Shown here: piece after piece, positions 56,198 through 64,000 of the stretch
How positions within the stretch are numbered: the stretch's first letter is position 1
Layout: each line of letters begins with the position of its first letter
NCBI GenBank assembly: GCA_964353015.1
Contig: CAYGUA010000006.1
Location: forward strand, 42,407 to 106,406
Direction: 5' to 3'
DNA: 64,000 nt
From: an uncultured Marinoscillum sp.
GTDB lineage: Bacteria; Bacteroidota; Bacteroidia; Cytophagales; Cyclobacteriaceae
Position numbers and translations under genes: made by a program
The notes under the pieces: model-generated
Told to the model about the DNA's origin: nothing
The model's input: only the letters and a program-made list of their open reading frames with translations
Databases searched by the model: none

Positions 56198-56792
56198 TCC
56201 AAATATGTTTGAAGAAGAAATAGCCGCATTAGAGAAAAAAATAGCGAGCTGGCCCTCATTTGATCAACTGGTCATATTTTATGGAAGTTCATCTTTCAGA
56301 CTTTGGGACACAATAGAAGAGGATCTTGCTCCATTGAATGTACTGAACCTTGGGTTCGGAGGATCATCTTTTAGCTGGTGCATTCATTATTTCAGCAGAC
56401 TGCTTGGGGTGATCCCAAAGGCTTCTCACATTGTATTTTATTGCGGCGACAATGATTTGGATAATGGATTATCTCCTGAGAATGTGATGAAAAAATTCAG
56501 AAAATTGCTTGAGATTACCAGAGATGATTTTCTCACTACTCCCATTTCAGTACTAACAATCAAGCCTAGCCCCTCACGCACCTATCTTCAATCGAAAATC
56601 AAACTTACCAACGATCTGATCAGAAAAGATTTGATTGGACTTCCGAAAGCTTATCAAATAAATATTTTCGATTCAATGCTCAACGAAAGAGGTGTGGCCA
56701 GACCTGAGCTATATTCGGAGGATGAGCTTCACATGAATGAGAAGGGTTATAAAATCTGGAAGGGCATCATTCGCAGACATTTTGGTGTCTAA
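56178..56792 (+). CDS. SGNH/GDSL-family hydrolase (esterase/lipase-like)
   Basis: Block I VIFYGSSSF, block III YCGDNDL and block V EDELHMNEKGY. ATG 56178 overlaps the upstream stop by 20 nt. ATG 56205, just after the stop, is an alternative start. The listed start at 56127 is probably too far upstream. Confidence 0.8.
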   Translation: MEEQGFDPNMFEEEIAALEKKIASWPSFDQLVIFYGSSSFRLWDTIEEDLAPLNVLNLGFGGSSFSWCIHYFSRLLGVIPKASHIVFYCGDNDLDNGLSPENVMKKFRKLLEITRDDFLTTPISVLTIKPSPSRTYLQSKIKLTNDLIRKDLIGLPKAYQINIFDSMLNERGVARPELYSEDELHMNEKGYKIWKGIIRRHFGV

Positions 56793-56794
56793 AG

Positions 56795-57511
56795 TCACTT
56801 AGCTAAGACATTCCTCTTTTCTTGATAGCCTAAGACTTTATCGCTATCTCCCAAATTTTGTGACACAACAATCAGGTCATCAAGGCATTCAGAACAATCA
56901 TTTTTTAATTTAAACGCCAAATCAAGATAACGGGCAGCTGCTCTGTAATTAGCTATTTTCCTGGTTTCATCCGATTGGGAATACAAATCACCAAGCGCTA
57001 AATAAGTAATACCCAACAAAAAATTTACTTCAAAATCTTCTTTAATAACCTGAGCGGCATTGAGATGATTGATGGCTCGATTATAATAATTGATTTTGAC
57101 AGGTACATCAGTCGTCACACGTGCTATTTCTAAAGCCTCCTCAGATGCTGCAAGCAATCCTTCAAACAATTCGGAGAGTTCGTTTGTAGCTCTTTCCGAC
57201 CAAGATTCTAATTCAAAAGATTTAACTTTTATTAGATCATTGTATGCACTCAAAAATGGATTTGCAGGCAATTGCTCAGATTTCACACCAGAAATTGCTA
57301 ATTTTTTCATTGCAATGGCTCTGTAAAAATAAGCTTTGGCACTTTCATCTGCATTTAATGTTTCTTCATCTTCAAGTGCAGTATTAATATCACGAATGGT
57401 ACGCTCATATGCTCCTCCTGAAAATGCAATTATCGCACTTGAAATGTACCTTTGCTGTGCACTTGAAATGCTACAAATTAAAGTGAGTGTTATGTATAAT
57501 ATTCCCTTCAT
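56795..57511 (-). CDS. Secreted TPR-like helical-repeat hypothetical protein
   Basis: Signal peptide from the ATG at 57511 (MKGILYITLTLICSISSAQQ). Helical-repeat composition with AxxYY/AL patterns. Confidence 0.55.
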   Translation of the reverse strand: MKGILYITLTLICSISSAQQRYISSAIIAFSGGAYERTIRDINTALEDEETLNADESAKAYFYRAIAMKKLAISGVKSEQLPANPFLSAYNDLIKVKSFELESWSERATNELSELFEGLLAASEEALEIARVTTDVPVKINYYNRAINHLNAAQVIKEDFEVNFLLGITYLALGDLYSQSDETRKIANYRAAARYLDLAFKLKNDCSECLDDLIVVSQNLGDSDKVLGYQEKRNVLAK

Positions 57512-57564
57512 CACCGCTAGTCTCAATTGCAAAACTACAACCTATTGAAAGCAATAAACCTATA

Positions 57565-59199
57565 ATGGCTGAAAAAGAAACGATTGTACTACCTCCCAAA
57601 TATTATCTGGACTACTTCCGTTTCCTGATCGAATTTGTATGTGACAAATCTGGCCATCTGTTAGGTGAGCCTGGCGAAAACTTTATTCGTGATTTTAATA
57701 ATCTAGATGAAGATGCTCAATGCCTGATGATGCGAATGGCCAACCGAAAAGGTGAGTTTTTCAGATTATCTAAACTGAGCTATGAAGAAATAGGCAACAT
57801 CGGCCAGGCTACAGAGACACTTGTGGAAGCTGGATTCGTTTCCCTTGATCCACCGCAGGATCACCGGCTTTTTCATTTATTTACAAAAGGGGAGCTTTCA
57901 AATCTTTTCCCCGAAAGGAACATAAAAATCAAGAAAAAAGAAGAAGTACTGCTTGAATTCGCGGAGGATTCCAGACATGAAGAATACCTGAAATTACAAT
58001 CACTGGACACAATCATAACTTTTCTAAGACAGGAAGAAATTGAATTTGTTAAGCTGCTTTTTTTCGGACATTCTCATGGAATGATGACCGAATTTGTCAT
58101 CAGAGATATTGGAAATATCAAACTTGAAAATCTTGACGGCCACAATTTTACACCTTGGTTTGATAGTCATGAAGAGGCCAAAGCCATTTTTGAATTATCA
58201 AAAATTAATCGTGCCATTTACGAATTCATTCAAATAGGGCTGCCCGAAGATTTGCTTGAAATCATCGCACCGATCAACTGGAGCAGCATGATCAACTTCC
58301 GCAATGCGCGCAAACAAGGAGACAAACTGATGTTGCGGCTGGGAGAATATTTTGAAAAGACGGGTTTTTTGGAAGAGGCGTTGAATTATTTTGCTTTAGC
58401 CAGGAAGCATCCAAGTAGGGAGAGGCAAATCAGAATCTATCAAAAGCTTGGTAGGACACAAGAAGCGATAGAGCTAGCCGAATTTGTCTTCGAAAACCCA
58501 TATAATGCCAGTGAAAAGATTTTCGCAAAGGATTTTATAGCAAAATCTGGCACTCGTAATTTGCGAAGCACAACAACCAGAATCAAAAACAGTAATGAAA
58601 TAACAGTAAGCGGAGGTGGTCTAAAGAGAGTGGAAGAAAAAGCACTCGAACACTTCGAAGCTTTAGGTTTCCAAGGCATTCATTCAGAAAATTATCTCTG
58701 GCGCGCCATATTCGGTTTGATGTTTTGGGATGAATTATTTGATGCCAATTTAGCAGCATTTCATCATCCACTGCAGCGCGCACCTTCGGACCTTTATTCA
58801 ACAGGTTTTTATGAATCAAGAAAGGAGATTTTGATTAGAAGAACCAAATCATTTCATTCCAAAAATCAACTTCTGACTCATTTGATTCAGACGTATAAAT
58901 CCAAAGAAAACATCAACAATCCACTCGTCTCGTGGCATGAATCGCTCCTTCCAGCTATTACTGCCTGCATACCATTATTGCCGCTAGCTGGCTTGAAAAA
59001 AGTGATGTTTGAAATTGCTAAAAATGTAAAAGACAACAGCACGGGATTCCCTGATCTTTTTATTTGGACTGAAGACAGTTATCATTTCTACGAAATAAAA
59101 TCACCGAACGATCACCTCTCTTCACAACAACTTTTTTGGTTGGACTTCTTCGAAGAACAGAAAATCAAATCTGATATTCTTAGAGTAAATTACGAGTAA
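57565..59199 (+). CDS. FAN1-like structure-specific nuclease (SAP/TPR-like region plus C-terminal VRR-NUC domain)
   Basis: The N-terminal PPKYYLDYFRFLIEFV...AQCLMMRMANRKGEFFRLSKLSYEEIG parallels the N-terminus of bacterial FAN1 as I recall it from Pseudomonas. The central ENYLWRAIFGLMFWDELFDA...FHHPLQRAPSDLYS block also parallels it. C-terminal PD-(D/E)xK/VRR-NUC motif GFPDLFIW...YHFYEIKSPNDHLSSQQLFWL. The start was moved to the ATG at 57565. Confidence 0.8.
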   Translation: MAEKETIVLPPKYYLDYFRFLIEFVCDKSGHLLGEPGENFIRDFNNLDEDAQCLMMRMANRKGEFFRLSKLSYEEIGNIGQATETLVEAGFVSLDPPQDHRLFHLFTKGELSNLFPERNIKIKKKEEVLLEFAEDSRHEEYLKLQSLDTIITFLRQEEIEFVKLLFFGHSHGMMTEFVIRDIGNIKLENLDGHNFTPWFDSHEEAKAIFELSKINRAIYEFIQIGLPEDLLEIIAPINWSSMINFRNARKQGDKLMLRLGEYFEKTGFLEEALNYFALARKHPSRERQIRIYQKLGRTQEAIELAEFVFENPYNASEKIFAKDFIAKSGTRNLRSTTTRIKNSNEITVSGGGLKRVEEKALEHFEALGFQGIHSENYLWRAIFGLMFWDELFDANLAAFHHPLQRAPSDLYSTGFYESRKEILIRRTKSFHSKNQLLTHLIQTYKSKENINNPLVSWHESLLPAITACIPLLPLAGLKKVMFEIAKNVKDNSTGFPDLFIWTEDSYHFYEIKSPNDHLSSQQLFWLDFFEEQKIKSDILRVNYE

Positions 59200-59369
59200 G
59201 TAAAAATTTGAGGTTTTTTTATCAATGGAGACACCAAGCTGACAAATATTCTCCTAAATTATTCCTTCAAATTTTAATAGGAATTCAATCATGATATTCA
59301 AAAAGTGATTTTATGCCTCTACGTTCTAATTTGAAATCTAAGTAGCCACAAAAAAACTGAATAGCTCAC

Positions 59370-60644
59370 ATGAAAATACTCATGCTCGGATGGGAACTGC
59401 CACCTCATATATCTGGAGGACTGGGAATTGCAAGCGAAGGAATTGCGCAGGGACTTGCCAACCAAGGAAACGATGTTGAATTTTTTCTACCTAGAAAGCG
59501 CGCGACCCATAAGCAAGGAGCATTTACAATCAAGGCTGCAAATAGATTGAAACCAAACGTTAAACTTTGGAGAAAAAAAACGACTCGGATAGAAACCTTG
59601 ATCGAAACAGATATGGGTGTAAGATTGATTCCTTATTTGCCAGCTGAGATTTTCACAATTGCCAGGGAAAAACAAATTATAGTAGAGGAGATAGAAGAAA
59701 CTGAAGAAACAGAGCTTCTTGAAAATATTGTATTGAGTGGCACGTATCATCAGGATCTCATCAATGAAATCTCAAAATATGCGCTTCTCGCTACTCAACA
59801 TGCTTTAGGGAAAAAATTTGATGTTATTCATGCCCACGATTGGGTAACATTTAAGGCAGGACGCATGGTTTCTAAAGAAACAGGTTTGCCTCTTTATACA
59901 CATTGCCACAGCACAGAATATGATCGAAATGGCGTTTTCGCCCAACCTATTGTTGTTGAGGAGGAAAAACTAGGATTCCAACAATCGAAAAAGATTTTTT
60001 GCGTGAGCAACCAACTCAAGAAAACAATCATGCTGAAATATAAGATTTCATCTGATAAAATCGTGGTTGTGCCGAATGCCTGTGAAATCCAAAAATCCAA
60101 AGCTGCCAAAACTGCAAACAAGAAAAAACAAGTAGTATTTATTGGGCGATTAACAAATCAAAAAAATCCGATAGCCTTTGTTGATTTGGCTCGGGATTTA
60201 GTCAACCGAGGTTTTGATTGTGAATTTACCATGCTAGGCGAAGGATACATGATGGATGATCTGAAAGGAAAGGTGAAACAAAATAACCTAACATCCAGAT
60301 TCAACTTCCCGGGATTTTTGCCACAGGAATTGGTCATGAAACAATTATTAAAATCTGATTTACTCATTGTGCCTTCATCAGCGGAACCATTTGGCTTGGT
60401 GATTCTCGAAGGAATCATGAACCAAATCCCTGTTGTGGCAGCAACTGGAACTGGTGTTGCTGAGTTTGTACCAAGTCTGCCTCAGGTGGAGCTTTGGGAT
60501 CATTACAACTTCGTGAAACTGGCCGAAAAACTTCTTTTTGATAAGCCATATGCTGAAAAAATAATTGCAGCATGTCACAAAGAGGCCTCCGAATTAAGCT
60601 GGGCTAAATCCGCAGCAATTATCGAAAAAGCATACAATGCCTGA
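59370..60644 (+). CDS. Glycosyltransferase, GT4/GT1-fold (glycogen-synthase-like N-terminus)
   Basis: MKILMLGWELPPHISGGLGIA N-terminus and the C-terminal EPFGLVILEG motif. Confidence 0.8.
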   Translation: MKILMLGWELPPHISGGLGIASEGIAQGLANQGNDVEFFLPRKRATHKQGAFTIKAANRLKPNVKLWRKKTTRIETLIETDMGVRLIPYLPAEIFTIAREKQIIVEEIEETEETELLENIVLSGTYHQDLINEISKYALLATQHALGKKFDVIHAHDWVTFKAGRMVSKETGLPLYTHCHSTEYDRNGVFAQPIVVEEEKLGFQQSKKIFCVSNQLKKTIMLKYKISSDKIVVVPNACEIQKSKAAKTANKKKQVVFIGRLTNQKNPIAFVDLARDLVNRGFDCEFTMLGEGYMMDDLKGKVKQNNLTSRFNFPGFLPQELVMKQLLKSDLLIVPSSAEPFGLVILEGIMNQIPVVAATGTGVAEFVPSLPQVELWDHYNFVKLAEKLLFDKPYAEKIIAACHKEASELSWAKSAAIIEKAYNA

Positions 60645-60647
60645 TTT

Positions 60648-61769
60648 ATGATCAGTATCTGGGAAAAAGAATCATTTTTAACCTACGATACAATTATTAT
60701 CGGTGGAGGCATCAGCGGCTTATCGACTGCTGCTAGTTTGAAAGAAAAAGATCCCAAACGAACAATCCTGGTTTTAGAAAGAGGTCTTTTACCATCCGGC
60801 GCATCTACAAGAAATGCTGGTTTTGCTTGTTTTGGCAGTATTTCAGAACTGGCCAATGATAAAAAATCCCTTGGTTCAGACGGAATGGTGGCCTTAGTCA
60901 ATCAGCGCTGGTCAGGATTACAGAAAACTATTTCCAGATTGGGTGCTGATAAAATTGGTTTTGAATGCAAAGGTGGATTTGAACTGATTGATGAAGCTAC
61001 GGAAAGCTACCTCACTGAATTAGATGAAATCAACTCTTTGATTAAGCCAATATTTCAATCTGATGTTTTTTCAATCAGAAATAATCAAATAAAGGATTTT
61101 GGCTTCCACAAAATAAATCACCTTGTCTTCAACGCTTTCGAGGGCCAGCTTCACACAGGGAAACTGATAAGCGCTCTTTGGCAATATTGCAGCGCACTGG
61201 GAGTGAAAATAATCACCGGAGCTCAAGTCGATAAATTTGATGAGGAAGAAAACAAAGTAATTGTTAAAGCATGTTCTCTCCAATTTGAAGCAAAAAATCT
61301 TGGTCTATGCACCAATGCTTTCACAAAAGAATTATTAACAGATCAAATAAAGATTACACCAGGAAGAGGAATGGTGATGTTGATAAAACCAGCTAATCCA
61401 TTAAAATTTGGCGGAACTTTTCATTATCAGGAAGGTTATTATTATTTCAGGGATTTTGGGGATAAAATTATTTTTGGTGGTGGTAGAAATCTTGATTTTG
61501 AAGGAGAAACAACTACCGATTTCGGGCTCAATCAAAAAATTGAAGATCAGCTCCACACCTATCTCAAAAATGTGATTATTCCAAATACGAGCTATGATAC
61601 TGAAATGAAATGGTCTGGCATTATGGCCTTCGGTGACAATAAGGCACCTGTTATTAAAAAAATCACCAATAGGATTTTCGCTGGTGTTCGTCTTGGTGGT
61701 ATGGGGGTTGCAATTGGTAGCATGGTGGGCGAAGAACTTGCTAATCTGATTTTGAAATCGAACAATTGA
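60648..61769 (+). CDS. FAD-dependent oxidoreductase (DAO family)
   Basis: Dinucleotide-binding motif IIIGGGISGLSTA. About 370 aa. It starts 3 nt after the glycosyltransferase stop. Confidence 0.8.
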   Translation: MISIWEKESFLTYDTIIIGGGISGLSTAASLKEKDPKRTILVLERGLLPSGASTRNAGFACFGSISELANDKKSLGSDGMVALVNQRWSGLQKTISRLGADKIGFECKGGFELIDEATESYLTELDEINSLIKPIFQSDVFSIRNNQIKDFGFHKINHLVFNAFEGQLHTGKLISALWQYCSALGVKIITGAQVDKFDEEENKVIVKACSLQFEAKNLGLCTNAFTKELLTDQIKITPGRGMVMLIKPANPLKFGGTFHYQEGYYYFRDFGDKIIFGGGRNLDFEGETTTDFGLNQKIEDQLHTYLKNVIIPNTSYDTEMKWSGIMAFGDNKAPVIKKITNRIFAGVRLGGMGVAIGSMVGEELANLILKSNN

Positions 61770-61815
61770 TTTTTTTGGTTTAATTTTCTGTTCACTAGAC
61801 CTTACAACCTTATTA

Positions 61816-63312
61816 ATGGCTGAAAAAAGAGAACCTACCCTTCTACAATCCTTCATACCAATCATATTTTTAATACTTGCGCTTTCACTCAATGTGAGCA
61901 TATTCGGTGATGCAGCTCTTGATGGCTCCAACCAAATAATTTTAATGCTAGCTGGTGCAGTAGCTGCAATTGTTGCGGGAAGAATTGGCTACAGATGGTG
62001 GGAAATAGAAAAAGGCATTGTGAAAACCATCAGCTCAGCGATGGCCTCAATTCTAATCTTATTAATTATTGGATCACTAGCGGGCACGTGGCTGATCAGC
62101 GGGGTGGTGCCAGCCATGATCTATTATGGTTTAAAAATTCTAAATCCAACAATATTCCTATTTGCAGCTTGTATCGTGTGCTCTGTTGTTTCTATCGCTA
62201 CTGGAAGTTCATGGACCACTTCAGCAACTGTTGGAATTGCGCTTATGGGTATTGGTCAGGCATTGGGTATTTCTACTGGTCTCATAGCTGGAGCGATACT
62301 ATCGGGAGCATATTTTGGAGATAAAATGTCTCCATTGTCTGATACCACCAATCTGGCACCAGCGATGGCGGGCACGGACCTTTTCACTCACATCAGATAC
62401 ATGGTCATCACTACTGTGCCATCTATTAGTATCACATTATTACTTTTTCTGATCATCGGATTTACACAAGATACTTCTGGTGCTATCAACCAGACTGATG
62501 AGATTTTAGCAGCAATTGAAAGTCAATTTTACATTTCAGGATGGCTATTTATTGTGCCTGCAGTTGTTGTCGTTCTCATCGTTAAAAAAGTTCCTCCTCT
62601 TCCCTCACTACTTGTAGGAACTTTGCTAGGAGCCATATTTGCAATGATTTTTCAGCCAAACATTGTTTTGGAGGTTAGTAAAAATGCAAGTGCTTATGGC
62701 AAATTGTTAGATTACTTTCAGACTAATATGCCCTTATTCACGGGAATGTTTATTGGCACAATCCAGTCATTATTTGGTGATGTAAATATCGAAACATCCA
62801 ATAGCCTCGTCAATGATTTACTCTCTTCCGGAGGAATGAAAGGAATGTTGGGAACCATCTGGTTGATATTGTCGGCAATGATCTTTGGTGGTGTGATGGA
62901 AAGTTCCGGAATGCTCAAAAGAATTGCTGCAAGTATCATAAGTCTGGTCAATTCCACGGGTGCGTTGATTGCTTCTACTGCAGGCACTTGTGTTTTCTTT
63001 AATATCACAGCTTCAGATCAATATTTGGCTATAGTGGTGCCAGGTAGAATGTATGCTGATGTATACCGAAATAAAGGTCTTGCACCTGAAAATCTAAGTA
63101 GAACTTTGGAAGATTCAGGAACTGTAACATCTGTGCTCGTGCCTTGGAACACTTGTGGCGCTTATCATTCACAGGTGCTGGGAGTTTCTACTTTTGCATT
63201 TGCACCATATTGCTTTTTCAACATAATCAGCCCGATCATGACGATGATCTTTGGCTATACTGGATATAAAATCAAAAAATTAACCCAACCTAAAGACACA
63301 AAAAACGATTGA
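61816..63312 (+). CDS. nhaC: Na+/H+ antiporter NhaC family
   Basis: About 12 TM helices with NhaC-like conserved blocks (GSSWTTSATVGIALMGIG, YFGDKMSPLSDTTNLA). Confidence 0.85.
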   Translation: MAEKREPTLLQSFIPIIFLILALSLNVSIFGDAALDGSNQIILMLAGAVAAIVAGRIGYRWWEIEKGIVKTISSAMASILILLIIGSLAGTWLISGVVPAMIYYGLKILNPTIFLFAACIVCSVVSIATGSSWTTSATVGIALMGIGQALGISTGLIAGAILSGAYFGDKMSPLSDTTNLAPAMAGTDLFTHIRYMVITTVPSISITLLLFLIIGFTQDTSGAINQTDEILAAIESQFYISGWLFIVPAVVVVLIVKKVPPLPSLLVGTLLGAIFAMIFQPNIVLEVSKNASAYGKLLDYFQTNMPLFTGMFIGTIQSLFGDVNIETSNSLVNDLLSSGGMKGMLGTIWLILSAMIFGGVMESSGMLKRIAASIISLVNSTGALIASTAGTCVFFNITASDQYLAIVVPGRMYADVYRNKGLAPENLSRTLEDSGTVTSVLVPWNTCGAYHSQVLGVSTFAFAPYCFFNIISPIMTMIFGYTGYKIKKLTQPKDTKND

Positions 63313-63893
63313 ATTTCAGAACATTTATAACCAAGGCTGAAGTACAAGACCTTGATATAATCCGGTTTGACGGGGAAATAGAAATTATTGATTCGGCCAA
63401 AGACCTTCAAGTCCTGCTGAAGGACTTAAGCTTTGAAGAATACCTGGGTTTTGATACCGAAACCAAACCGAGTTTTACTAAAGGTGAATATTATGATCCT
63501 GCCCTATTGCAAATCTCCACTTTGGAAAAAGCCTATCTCATCCGGCTCAAAAAGACAGGATTCACAGATTCACTGATCAACTTTCTGGAAGACAGGAGAA
63601 TTAAAAAAATCGGGATTAGCATTCGAGACGATCTAAAAGACATGCAAAAGGTTCGTGATTTTAACCCTGGAGGATTTATCGATCTCAATCATGTGGCTGA
63701 TAGGCTAGGAATTACCCAGATCGGAGTAAGGAGTCTTGCTGGTATTTTTTTAGGAAAAAGAGTAAGCAAAAGCCAGCAGACATCAAATTGGGAAAATGAT
63801 GAACTCAGTCCAGCTCAGCAAAACTATGCTGCAACAGATGCCTGGATTTGTCTGCATATGTATATGAAGTTGCAATTTCGAGGATACGTTTAA
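63309..63893 (+). CDS. 3'-5' exonuclease (DEDD / RNase D-WRN exonuclease-like domain)
   Basis: Exo I LGFDTETKP, Exo II-like IGISIRDDL and Exo III YAATDAW. The TTG start overlaps the nhaC stop (TTGA). Confidence 0.8.
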   Translation: MNFRTFITKAEVQDLDIIRFDGEIEIIDSAKDLQVLLKDLSFEEYLGFDTETKPSFTKGEYYDPALLQISTLEKAYLIRLKKTGFTDSLINFLEDRRIKKIGISIRDDLKDMQKVRDFNPGGFIDLNHVADRLGITQIGVRSLAGIFLGKRVSKSQQTSNWENDELSPAQQNYAATDAWICLHMYMKLQFRGYV

Positions 63894-63901
63894 GCGATTC
63901 T

Positions 63902-64000
63902 TCATAATACTTCAAAAGTAGCTTTGAGCAATTCAAGTTTACTCTCAAGTAAGCTGATCTCTTCATCTTTAAGCAGCCCGATGTATTGACAAGATGTTGT
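63902..64000 (-). CDS. 3' end of an unidentified minus-strand CDS (continues beyond the window)
   Basis: The minus-strand frame reads ...TTSCQYIGLLKDEEISLLESKLELLKATFEVL* with the stop at 63902-63904. It is too short to assign. Confidence 0.35.
   Translation of the reverse strand, partial: TTSCQYIGLLKDEEISLLESKLELLKATFEVL

Noticed and set aside
51803-59199. Idea that the UvrD-like helicase, cNMP-binding protein, SGNH hydrolase and VRR-NUC nuclease form one anti-phage defence island.
   Set aside because: The helicase has all the hallmarks of the housekeeping PcrA/UvrD, including the C-terminal small domain. The nuclease is a full-length FAN1-type repair enzyme on a separate transcription unit beyond an oppositely oriented gene. 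No cyclase, mobile-element or phage genes are nearby, and the composition is uniform. Only the cNMP-acyltransferase/SGNH pair is kept as a finding.
61401-61931. 176-aa minus-strand ORF spanning the end of the FAD oxidoreductase gene and the start of nhaC.
   Set aside because: It overlaps two motif-supported plus-strand genes and the intergenic region between them. The sequence is low-complexity and Lys/Ile/Phe-rich, typical of antisense reading of AT-rich coding DNA.
1-64000. Scan for rRNA, tRNA (GTTCGAATC-type T-arms), CRISPR-like regularly spaced repeats, transposase/integrase/recombinase genes, IS terminal repeats, reverse transcriptases and phage structural genes.
   Set aside because: Nothing convincing was seen by eye. 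The only sizeable DNA repeats are the paralogous kinase transmitter modules. A by-eye scan can miss small RNAs, so this is not proof of absence.

Overview
This is an AT-rich chromosomal segment that looks like Bacteroidota, probably a marine Cytophagia-like organism. Supporting this: a T9SS C-terminal sorting domain, Reg_prop/Y_Y_Y and 7TMR-DISM sensor kinases, lipoprotein signals, little Shine-Dalgarno signal and an NhaC antiporter. All calls come from reading the supplied translations and the DNA by eye; no HMM or BLAST searches were run. Gene order: (1) 1-10.7 kb holds four back-to-back sensor histidine kinases with one shared transmitter type but three different sensor architectures, followed by a stand-alone receiver, a REC-HisKA-HATPase hybrid and a convergent stand-alone receiver, with no output domain anywhere. 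(2) 10.9-24.4 kb holds mixed housekeeping and accessory genes: GIN/DUF2807 protein, CorA, a cytoplasmic protein-glutaminase homologue, DUF1761, PfkA, an SLC45-like MFS transporter, GNAT, GH3 beta-glucosidase, an NrtR-like degenerate Nudix regulator, DUF2202, ThiL, methylmalonyl-CoA epimerase and an IscA-like protein. (3) 24.4-26.6 kb holds a long intergenic region with a small membrane ORF, then a T9SS-targeted CotH-family protein. (4) 26.7-31.7 kb (minus strand) holds a SAM-I riboswitch leading a homoserine sulfhydrylase, sulfite reductase, CobA and SirC operon. (5) 31.8-41.5 kb (minus strand) holds nuoHIJKLMN followed directly by purF; NuoI carries a long Lys/Pro-rich tail. (6) 41.9-54.1 kb holds a secreted hypothetical protein, a class-C-like serine hydrolase, a CBS-type cysteine/cystathionine synthase, a GNAT-nitrilase fusion, an aldo-keto reductase, LOG, an orphan 7TMR-DISM hybrid kinase and UvrD/PcrA. 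(7) 54.2-64 kb holds a protein with two cNMP-binding domains fused to a lysophospholipid-acyltransferase domain, overlapping an SGNH hydrolase, then a TPR-like protein, a FAN1-like VRR-NUC nuclease, a GT4 glycosyltransferase, an FAD oxidoreductase, NhaC and a 3'-5' exonuclease. I found no rRNA, tRNA, CRISPR array, transposase, integrase or phage genes. The two best candidates for something undescribed are the output-less multi-kinase array (1-10719) and the cNMP-binding acyltransferase plus SGNH hydrolase module (54236-56792).
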